Source: Antedon mediterranea (Eukaryota; Animalia; Echinodermata). Taken from it: DNA of 64,000 nucleotides. The notes below the pieces were generated by a model. It was not told the origin of the DNA, did not search any database, and saw only the letters and a list, made by a program, of their open reading frames with translations. Position 1 is the stretch's first letter. The number at the start of each line of letters is the position of its first letter. The stretch covers positions 19,155,648 to 19,219,647 of the forward strand of contig NC_092673.1 of assembly GCF_964355755.1 (NCBI RefSeq). The letters are read 5' to 3'. The position numbers and the translations under genes were made by a program. Positions 53,401-64,000 of the stretch are shown one piece after another.

Positions 53401-54461
53401 CGCACTCTTTTTGTCCGATTTCGGTTGTACAACCTTTCTTTAATAATATCATCATATTTTATTCACTTTTCAACGCGTAATTGCCTTATACGAGCACGTC
53501 AAAAGTGACAGGCTACGCACGTGTAAGTTAACAAAATGGTGAAAATATGCTAAATTTTAAAATTAATATAGATCGTCAGAATGCTCGGGAACACATATTT
53601 TTTATTTCATTTTCTTGAAGTGTATGTATCTTATGTATGATTTATTATTAAACTAAGGGAACAAAAGTTGATTAAGCCATAATTAATTGCATATTAAATT
53701 TAAAAAAATTCATTTCGACAATCAAACAAATTATGACATTTTCTTAGGCCAAAATAACAAACTTAACATTAACTTTCTTCCTCCAAAAGTTCATATATTA
53801 AAGTTAAAAGTATATAGTTTGACAGTGCATCATTTTTGTACATTTTTAGAGATGTCATCATAGTAAAAAATTATAATTCATTGCGGTATGTAATAATCTA
53901 TCTGCACCAAAGTGGTTACTGCATAGTAAATACACGGAGGAATTTTTCTACAATTTTTAGACAGTTGTGCATGGCTCGGTGGTGTGTGCTCGTGTCTATG
54001 GCACTCAAGGTACCGAGATCGAGTCTCACCTTGGGAAACGAAATAAGATTTTTTTTTTATTATCCGTATTGTTTGTTCAAATTTATTTCTTAGTGTATAT
54101 ATTATACACATGATTTATAATGAAATCTAGATAAAAAATAACTTATGTCTTTATTATTATGTAACAGCAAATGTGGTTTATGACATTATACGCAGAGGGA
54201 TCTTTGATCGGATTGTGATACCGGCTATTGTATTCGCGTTAGCAAGGTCCTATCATATATTATAAATAATTAAAGAATCTGAGAAAATCAATGAATCAAA
54301 ATATCTTTTAAAAATCAATTATCTTTATTAAAATCAATGCATATAACCTATAATTCGTCATAGTGACGAATTAAATCTAGTTTTATTTTGTTTTCGGTTG
54401 TTTATGGCTGTTTTCAGTTGTTTTGGTTGTTTTCGGTTGTTTTTGGTAATTAGACTGACCG
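50415..54461. mobile_element. Foldback-type TIR element (about 1 kb) split by nested insertions
   Basis: Ends ggtcagtctaattacc.aaaacaaccgaaaa and its reverse complement at 54430-54460; inner arms 50520-50660 and 51120-51260 are inverted copies. No clean target duplication. Confidence 0.75.
51289..54382 (+). mobile_element. Helentron/HINE-like element A, containing a related element B at about 51349-52967
   Basis: A: 5' palindrome aggttatatgca..tgcatataacct, 3' tgcatataacct + hairpin aattcgtca-tag-tgacgaatt + atctagtt. B: ttatccgc-ctcaa-gcggataa, 3' ggcggataacc + aactcgtc..gacgagtt + atctagtt. Confidence 0.72.
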
Positions 54462-54981
54462 GCCTATTAAAGCATATGTTTATTTGTATTTTATGGTTGA
54501 GGTACAGTAGTACAGGAAAGGCAAACTCAATTCGGCGAAAAATTTAACATACAGCTCAGGGCGTTTTTCAAGTTATTATAACATAGAGATCGCTATATAC
54601 AATTTAATTTAATGTCTCACGCATTGGCCACTGAAAAAGTTGGCAGGTTTGAGATACATGTATTAAATTAGACAAAAAAAGCAATTCAATTTATAGCTTT
54701 AGATTGTTTTTATGATTTTGATTAATTAATCTCTTAATCTTTAATCTCTACAAGACATAAAATCTTGGAAAAAAAAACCAGAATTAGTCAATCCTTTAGT
54801 TAGTTTTTAGAATTAGTAGATAAGTTTCAGTTGCTTTTCGAAATTTTGTAATAGAATTGCTGCCTTTCTACCTTGCTAGGCTAATTGCTATTACTAGCTA
54901 GGTCTATAGGATTGTTTGGTCATTTGTTGACTTATTAACACTAGATGCCATTGTTTGTACCATTAGAATATAAAACATTAA

Positions 54982-55541
54982 AGACACCTTCCCTACAATT
55001 TGTGAGGTTTTGTAAAAATAATACATATATTACTTTAAAAACATTAAACCAGGTCATTCCTTGTCTTAAATGTACGTTTTATGGTAAATTATGATAAAAA
55101 GTGAGAAACAATGCACTACCTAAGTAGCTCGCGGCGACTGACCTCTCGTGGACGGTCTTTAGGCCTAGCCTATCTAGGCTTAGTTTTGTAGGCCTAGCTG
55201 GTAAACATCGGTAAAGTACAAACATCGTACGCTAGCTATATACCTAGCCTGACGTTGTATAGTTGCTGCATTAATTGTCTTTCTATTTTTGCCAGACTCC
55301 GTTGATACAAATTGGGGAAAACCCGGTATTTTCGCTGAAAAGTTAGGAGTCTTCCATTTGTTTTGGCCTCACGATCGATCGAAAAGTGGGTGAATTACAG
55401 AAGAAAAACAGAAATATCAATCCACGCGCAATGCATTTTGGCATTTATAATTTTTAACCATTTAAAGACGAAAAAAGTTATCGCAATAGGACCATATAGT
55501 ATTATTTTTACATTAAATATAGTTTGTGATCTTAAAATAGA
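54982..55541 (-). mobile_element. Truncated inverted copy of the Kolobok-like element at 58081-58706
   Basis: Reverse-complement match over about 550 bp; begins ttaa|agacaccttccct. Confidence 0.8.
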
Positions 55542-58080
55542 TAATAATAATTATTTGTATAAATACTGTTTGATACTAAACGATCATTGTACAATTACAA
55601 CAAGTAAAAATACAGTATTATAAAATGAAATAAATAACTATACTATTACAACTCACATTTACACACTGAATCTAAAGAAACATACATGATAAAATAACAT
55701 TACATTCAAAATTGCACAGTCCGATCATAAAGCTGCCTATTATAAGATGCTTATTGTTATACCAAGGGCCAACACCCTATTTCTTTATTTTGTGAATTGC
55801 ATTACTTCCTCAATCAGTCTTGCCTTCTTTAAGGTTAAGTGATCTTCATTGAACCTGTTGTGATTGTCAAGAATCTTTTTTTTAAATCAATGTTACCTTT
55901 TTTTCTGTCGATTTAGTGCCTGGCATTCTATAAAATTTGTGGATAGAACATCTTATATAAACCTGGTCAACATACAGTAATACTATAAACCTATGCTGTG
56001 AAAATAATTTTTACTATGGTATATAAAATAAAATATTAACAAGCTTTAATATCATTTAGTTTGATAAATTAGTATAATTATCTAGGGACGATTAAAGTGA
56101 TGCAGCTTGCTTATGCAATTTTATGCAAAACCAGCATACATAGTATAAACATCAGTAGTAAATTAGCTTGAATTTACCATGAAGATTGTACAACTAAGCT
56201 CTCTTCGATGTCATAACTGAAAACTTTCATTAACATCAAGCGGAACATATTTTGGTGAAACCAGAATCTATGAAACGTCGCTTAGGCAAGTTATTGGTTA
56301 TGATGAAAATTGCATCAATGAAATTTCTATCAATGCGGATGAATAGATGATGAAAATAGAATAGATGAAAATGGCATAGATGATGAAAGCTGAATATATC
56401 ATTAAATTAAAGGGGCTGTTTATACAATTAATTACACTATAGTAGATGACATATACATTGATTGGATAGTGAAGGCAGCTAATAAAATAATAAATAATAA
56501 ATCACCCCCTTAACCCTTCAGCACCTGAAACAATAATGTAATGTTTTATATACTTCCTGTACAGTTATTTAAATATATAGGAAATCAGAGACTAATTACA
56601 AACAAAATACAACATTTTTTTTCTGGTTCATAAGTTTGCATTACAAGTTGTATTTATTTGAAAGAATACTAAATAAATAGTAACGTAAATTTTGTCAACA
56701 TTTGACATTCTAATCACGACCATTTGACGATATTAGGCCTAGGCTAGACAAACTAGCCTATCTCATTCGTAGCCTGGTGGACAGGCTGCATGTTTTCGCC
56801 CAATTGAAGGCTGGCTTACTAGAGGAAGGCCTAGCTGGGCTTGAAATAATAAATTATGACCTAAAATTTACTAATTTCAATAGCATAATATACTACTTAT
56901 TTGTGAAACATCGATATCACAATTGGCAGATAAATCTAAATCGTTATTTTGACTAAAAACCCTGTCTTCTTTCTCTAACAAATAGAGAGCTTATGCGGTT
57001 CAGGTGAGTGATTTTTTAGCAATTGTCAAGGCGTTTACCCAAGATGGAAAACCAACAGAATGAGAAACTTGTTTCTCCCTACTGCAATGAGGCAATTTAA
57101 TGAAACATGGAAACAGTAGTCATTTTATGCTATTCCCTTACACACACCAATCTTACTTTTGTATTTTAAATGATATATTTTATCTGAATTTATATGTGCT
57201 TTATCTGTATTTACCAAATTTTAACCTTTTTAACTGATTTTTATATTTTTTTTTAAACGAAAATAATTTCAAACCATGTACAATATTTTATTGTGTTTGA
57301 CCATAAATAAATGAATATTCACCAAATACAATACTGACTTCCTCAAACAATCTTGCAAAATATTTAACTGCAAAAACAGGAAGTTAAAACATATTCACGA
57401 CTTCAATTATTCAAAAAGAAAGGAAACGAATGCTAGTGTTTAAATCATACTCTATATATTATTGAGGTTTCACATTTTAGAATACCTGTTTTATAAGGCC
57501 AAAAAATATATATACTTGTTAAGCATCAAGGACGTTTTTTTTTTTTACTAAAGTACTATGCTTTAATAGGTCATCAACATTGTTTTATGCTACCATCTTG
57601 AAATAAAGTGATACTAATTCCTTCAAACACGAACAAATGAATCACTATTTTCAACTTTAAGAAACTATTTAATGCAATAAAATTGTTCCTGTTGGTAAAA
57701 TAAAATGTAATGATTTATCGTAATTGTTAGTTATTTTGTTGTCAGTCAGAAAAGAAAAAGAGAAGAGGCTAAAAAAATCAGGGAAGAGTGGTAACTTAAC
57801 AATATATTTTGTCTGGCCTAATTAATTATTTCAACTTGTAAACCAAAACCACTATTATTATTAATGAACTTTACTATTTAATCTCAATAACAGTACAGTA
57901 GTATGGTGATTGAATGAAAGCTATGAAAACATTTTTTGGGGACTACAAAGTCATACTAAAGACTTTTGGGCTCCACAGATCTCTTATAATAGGCCTAATT
58001 TGTTATCTCAAATTTGATCTGGACTGGTCCAGAGGGCTATCAGTCATATTAAAGACATCAGCAAACATTTATTATCTTAA

Positions 58081-58706
58081 AGCCCCATTCCCTACGTTTT
58101 TTAGATCTAATTTAAGATCACAAACTATATTTAATGTAAAAATAATACTATATGGTCTTATTGCGATATCTTTTTTCGTCTTTAAACGGTTAAAAATGTG
58201 AAAAATAAGTCGATTCTAATAATTATAGCGGCCCGCTATAAATCCCAAAATGCATTGCGCGCGGATTGATATTTTTGTTTTTCACCTGTAATTCGCCCAC
58301 TTTTCGATCGATCGTGAGGCCAAAACAAATGGAAGACTCCTAACTTTTCAGCGAAAATACCGGGTTTTCCCCAATTTGTATCAACGGAGTCTGGCAAAAA
58401 TAGAAAGACAATTAATGCAGCAACTATACAACGTCAGGCTAGGTATATAGCTCGCGTACGATGTTTGTACGTTACCGATGTTTACCAGCTAGGCCTACAA
58501 AACTAAGCCTAGCTAGGCTAGGCCTAAGACCGTCCACGAGAGGTCGATCGCCGCAAGCTACTTAGGTAGTGCATTGTTTCTCACTTTTTATCATAATTTA
58601 CCATAAAACGTACATTTAAGACAAGGAATGACATGGTTTAATGTTTTTAAAGTGATATATATGTATTATTTTCCAAAAAACGTCCAAAATTGCAGGGAAG
58701 GGGTCT
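58081..58706 (+). mobile_element. Kolobok-like non-autonomous DNA transposon
   Basis: TTAA on both sides, AG...CT termini, imperfect TIRs agccccattccct / agggaaggggtct. Confidence 0.75.
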
Positions 58707-59204
58707 TTAATATTAATCTAAATATATTTTTTATTTTTTGTACATATTCTGCAAGATGGCTTCCGTAGCACGAAAATCGTCTATTGGTTTAAGTTTCTCT
58801 GATCGCCTTACATCATTATTACTAGGCTAGCCTACAAGGGCCTAGATTAAAAGAGAATAGTAGGCCTAGGTAGAAGGCTAGGCCTGGCTCTAATGCCTCT
58901 CTACGTACAGTACTACTAGGTCTAGCTAGTAGGCCTAGGCTAGGCCTAGTTACTAGATTATGGGCGTAGGCCTAGCGCCGTATTGGCTGTCTGTGTAGGC
59001 TATAGGCCTAAGCCTAGCTTGGCTAAATAAAAAAGTCTAGGCCTACAGTAGGCCCTTCTTAAGAAAGACCTGCCATTAAAACAATAGGATCAGGTGCCAT
59101 TTTCGGCCACCTCGACTTGTATGGACTATACCATTATAAAAAGATGGGAAAATAGGTTCAACTAGTATAGCCGAGTCGTCGTAAAACAAAAAACTAAAAT
59201 CCAT

Positions 59205-60140
59205 AAATATGTCGTCAATGAATCCGTTACCATTTTGTTTCTGTATCTACAATCGTTTCATTTATTTACATTTAACATTAAATGTATCCGGTAATCAGTA
59301 AAAAACAAATAAACATATAATTACGTCAATGAATCTGTTACCATGGAGTTGTTAGTGTTACCATTTTGTTTCTACGGTATCTTCGTGAGGTGGTTTCCCC
59401 GATTAATCGTACGATCTAAACGGTACTGGGTATGATCAACTAGCGTTCGTGTTTCCACCTAATCATCCATTCATAGAAGTACTGATGAAGATATCAATCT
59501 GTGGCGACAATAGAATGGACCTGAGACCTGGCTATCTTCGACTTTTAAATAATAGAAAGGTTAGAAAAATGTTTTTGTTAGACTAGAAATGTACGTTGTA
59601 TGTATATAGAAAAATGGTTGTAGTTTTCAAAATTACGTTGTATAAGTTGCGATGTGAAAAACTGTTATTTAATCGTTAGTTGTCGTGTACATAAAGCAAA
59701 AATATAAATATAATAAAATAAAATAAAATAAAAATCGTTAGTAAAACTTTTAAAAAGAGTAAAGATATAAGGAAGAAAAGCAAAGAGATCATCGTTTCAT
59801 TTATTTACTTTTAACATTAAATGTAAATGTAGGCTATCAGATGATCAGTAAAGCAAACATACATAATAATTACGTCAATGAATCTGTTACCATTTCGTTT
59901 AACTACGGTATCTATATTCGTTCCATTTATTTACATTTAACATTAAATGTAAATGTATCAGGTAATCAGTAAAACCATAGAGATATTATAGTATCTCTAT
60001 GGTAAAACAAATAAACATATAATTACGTCAATGAATCTGTTACCATTATGATTTTGTTTCTGTATCTACATTCGTTTCATTTATTTGTATCAGGTGATCA
60101 GTAAAACAAACAAAAAACATATAATTATGTCAATAAATCT
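59205..60140. repeat. Degenerate interrupted repeat, unit about 110-150 bp, about 5 copies
   Basis: aattacgtcaatgaatctgttacca...cgtttcatttattt...atcagtaaa recurs near 59212, 59320, 59870, 60021 and 60123. Confidence 0.75.
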
Positions 60141-60857
60141 TCAATTATGCTCGTCCGATTGTGATATTTAGTTTAGTTGTTTTGTAGTTTAACATATTTT
60201 AAATTTAATTAATTGTATTGTTTGTAGTATTTAAGATGTTTTAATTCCGATTGTACTGTAGTTTTTAATATGTTTTGATTTTGATTGTACTGTAGTATTT
60301 AGTTTAGTTGTATTGTAGTTTAACATGTTTTAATTAATTTTATAAACCAAACAAGGGGGTGCAGCAGCCACTTCAAGACATGAGGCACTTGCGCTACCTG
60401 TTTTACTGAAAAATACTACGGACTTGAACTACCATTTACCAAAATCAAGGCCACGCCAGAGAGGGTGCAATATTTGTACTGGTTCCCAGCATGATCTGCG
60501 CATGGCCAAAGAGACCTCCACCGTTCATGGCAAATTTTGACGCGTTTGCGGTGGTGCACACCACCGATGATCAAGAGCGGTCACAGTTGAATGATTTTGT
60601 CCTAGGCCGGCTAGCGAAATTTTTTTTACTCGTCATATAAGGCCGATTTAGCAGAAGTCAATAGAGGGCGCGCTCCATCGCTCATGAATATTTATTAGAA
60701 AGTGTTACTCAAAACTTGCATACATTAAAACTTTCGCGCTAGATAGCATGGCAGCCTGCTAGCTGTCGTCGATACGCGGCGATGATACGACGATGATAGG
60801 ATCGTCGCCTTTTCCACTCTCTACTTCTTGCTTCCATCTCTCTCTCCTCCAGCAGCC

Positions 60858-63800
60858 ATGGATATCACAGCTTGTGATGTCCATAACTGTAGTGATATTG
60901 ATGATGCACTGAAGGTAAGAGAGTAGGCCTATGTCGTATGATAACAATAACATTAACTAGCCTAGAATTTAATTCGTCACTTTGACGAATTATAGGTGAT
61001 CATTTCTTATAATTTTAATGACATTTAATTTTTAAAAACGATGAATGTACGTTAAAATACGATCGCAAAATGTTGATAATCCGATGACCTGACTAAAATG
61101 CATACGATTATTAGCTTCCTAGACCTAGCCTACCTAGGCCTAGTGCTGAGTTTTACCTAGTATTATGTCTCATATACTGAGCTGTAGATACTGTAAATAC
61201 AGAAGGAAGGAAGGGATGAAGCATAGGTCTATCCTACTAGCTTAGGCCTAGGCTAGTTAATTGGTTAAATATTAATTAGGCCTAGGGATGCCTACTACTA
61301 CTAGGGCCTAGCTAGGCCTAGTTAGGCCTCTAGTACTAGGCTAGGCCTACACTAGCTAGTCCCCTAACTCTAGGCCTAGTAGTAGTAGTAGGTAGGCATA
61401 GGCTATAGGCTAATTAATAATAGGCCTAGTAATACAATATTAATTTGAACATACTGTACAGACTAGTTGATCATACCCAGTACCGTTTGATCGTACGATT
61501 AATCGGGAAACCACCTCACGACAATACAATGTAAAATAATATAGGCCTAATTGCCTAGGCCTATATTTTACAGTTGTAGATAGACGCCTATGCCTAATTT
61601 GATTTAGATATGTGTACGTTACTGTTATTTTATATATTATTATAATTTAGGCCTAAATTTAAAAGCATTAAAAAATTGATTGTGCATTTAGATGAACATT
61701 TTCTATCATGGTTGTGCATTTGTTAAAGCTTTTATAGTGATTTTTAAAGAAATGTTTTAAATTGAAACTAAACATACTCTTATCTTTTAGGACATTCTTC
61801 CTGAAGATTATGTTTACCTAGTGTGTGGGTATACTAGCAATGAGACAGGTGGCTATACTGCAGATTTGAGACTTAATATCTCAACAAAAAATGAAGCAGA
61901 TATGTGGTTGACTTCTTTCACCAACAAGACCAAAACCACTCTAAGGATTCGCAGATTGTATCTTCGGGTAAGAAGAACATCCATAAGGTTTACTTGAGAT
62001 GTCATCACAATACGTTCCCAAGGAACAGCTTAGCTAATGAAAAGAGTGGTTCTAAAAACACTGATTGTCCGGCCAGCATGGTGATTACTGTAAAGCGAGA
62101 GGTGACCAACCGAAAGAGCAGGTAAATTCTGATAAAATGAGATTAAATTGTTAGAATAAAAGGGAAGTAAACTTTACGAAATAATGATATTTTATTACCA
62201 CCTTTGCTTCTCCCACAATAAGTATGGCATTATGAAATAGTACGACCCAAAGGCGACATTTTTAGGGGGTGGCATTATGTGTGGGTGGCACTAATTGACA
62301 TCCGTTCATCATGGGGTCACTCCTAAAAAGAATTACAGTCGGTAGGGGTGGGGGTTAATTCATACCTAAACAAAAAAACTTTATTAATGTTACAAAACAC
62401 AGAAGACACTTCAATAAGAGATACTATTTTAAAAAATTCTGATGAATAGAATTACATTTATTTGCAAAATTCCTTCAATACTACAAAAACTGGAAAACCA
62501 AAAAGTTTGTAATTACCATTTTCCCGACTTAGATATAAGATCAACCCAAACATGAAATCTCATCTGTTTTAAGGTGTGGCTCATTTTATGTGAAAATGAC
62601 TCAAACATTGGGGTTTGGGGTTAGTAATAGATAATTATGAAAAAAAAAACACAAAAAAGAATGTTCTGGATATAATAACCAAACACATACATTATTATTT
62701 TAAACATTTAATCCACAATAATTTTACCACATTACTGTATTGTACTTGAAAGTAAATGTCATTGTCTTACCATTAATTTAAGGATATCTTTTTTCTATAG
62801 ATCTTCAGATACTCACTTGCACAACTTCCCAATGATGGTTCATTTGAGTTACAACCACAATCATCCGATCCTCTGTGCTGACACTCTAAGACACAGAGAT
62901 GTTTCAGATATAGTAACAAAGAAGTTTGTGGATATGTTCAAAACAGGTCATTCACCATCGACCGCTCTTCTAGCACATAAACATGACCTTGAAGAGGAGC
63001 ATACTGATGACTACGTTGTAGTTGCTGCTGACCGAGCAGAATGTCCTGATCAGCAATGGTGCTACCGGTAAGTAGCCATCGTGAAGTTTATCAATATGTT
63101 CGTTCGTATGTTAAAGTTAAATAATTTTGTAAAATATGTTTATTACACATTAGTGTATTATTAATGAAACTATTTTAGCAATACAATTTGCTCCCATCAT
63201 TGGATACTGTAATTTTATATTTATATCAGGTTGTACTACAAGATATTCAAAGAAAGCTATGGAGAACCTGATGGTGAAGCAATGCTTAGAGACCTTGAAG
63301 CAAAAATTCAGCAAGTGTGTTCAACGCATAATGAAGAAGTTGCCAAGATAAAGCGAGTTGGAGAAAATGTGGTCGTTGCCATATGTACACCTCTGATGAA
63401 ACGTGTCCACAGATATGTACGACAGAGTGGTGAACTTGCTTTTATTGATTCATCGGGCGGAGTAGACCGTCATGGCTGTCGTGTTTTTGTAATTCTTACA
63501 CATAGCTGTGCCGGTGGCCTACCGTTGGGCTTACTTATCACCACGTCGGAAACTGAAGAGGTCATTACAGAAGGCCTAACTCTTCTTAAGGACATTTTAC
63601 CGCCTGTTGCCTTTTATGGTAAGTTAGGCCCAGCTGTCTTTATGACAGATGACTGTGAGGCAGAGAGGAAAGCCCTAAGTAATGTATTCCCAGGGTCTTC
63701 ACGTGTTCTGTGTGCGTTCCACATATTGCAGGCTATGTGGAGATACCTGTGGGACACAAAACACAAGGTAAAAAAGGAAGATAGACCACGATTATTAGGC

Positions 63801-64000
63801 GCGGTCAAGGCAATGCTGTATGCATCTACTGAGGCTCAGCTACATGTCTTTTATGAGGATTTGGTTGGTGATGATAGTTCAAAGACCTATCCACAATTTA
63901 TAGACCACGTAACTAAATTGTATGACAGACGCGAGATGTGGGCTTTGTGTTATCGAAACGAGCTACCAATGCGTTCAAATAACACCAACAATTACTGCGA
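60858..64000 (+). mobile_element. Intron-containing Mutator/MULE DDE transposase gene (exons 60858-60914, 61791-62121, 62801-63067, 63230->64000), one apparent frameshift; continues past the window
   Basis: Spliced translation gives RCHH...CPA...HNHP (WRKY/GCM1/FAR1-type DNA-binding zinc motif) and the MULE core FIDSSG...GGLPLG...FMTDD...ERKAL...LCAFH...W...TNNYC(E). The frame changes near 61950-61965. Confidence 0.88.

Noticed and set aside
52725-54040. Functional tRNA genes
   Set aside because: Only A/B-box-like motifs inside repeated elements; I could not fold a convincing cloverleaf with an acceptor stem.
59975-60004. Hairpin accatagagatattatagtatctctatggt as a terminator or ncRNA
   Set aside because: Isolated 30-bp palindrome inside a degenerate repeat, more likely a transposon remnant; intrinsic terminators do not apply here.

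Overview
AT-rich eukaryotic genomic DNA from an invertebrate animal (echinoderm is a guess from composition and TAGGCCTA-rich tracts). The main feature is one long minus-strand, intron-rich gene that I assembled by hand from GT-AG sites with consistent phases: 22 coding exons, 37836 down to 907, about 990 codons, with the 3' end uncertain. It encodes an N-cap, eight single-exon ankyrin repeats, a C-cap, two paralogous linker exons and two tandem ZU5-UPA-like modules; the second module carries an HF|S motif of the PIDD1/UNC5CL autoproteolysis type. The eight ankyrin exons are all phase 0-0 and sit in recently duplicated intron units. Their scaffold is almost invariant, while the predicted binding-face positions vary and all indels are in frame. 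A co-duplicated LINE dates the array, and one exon has decayed. This looks like a rapidly diversifying ankyrin-repeat sensor coupled to a self-cleaving ZU5-UPA module, but the function is inferred. The rest of the window is repeats: five tandem arrays, many non-autonomous DNA transposons (Harbinger-, hAT-, piggyBac-, Kolobok-, Academ-, MULE-, Helitron- and Helentron-like, several nested) and a spliced MULE transposase gene running off the right edge. All alignments and counts were done by eye; no database search was run.
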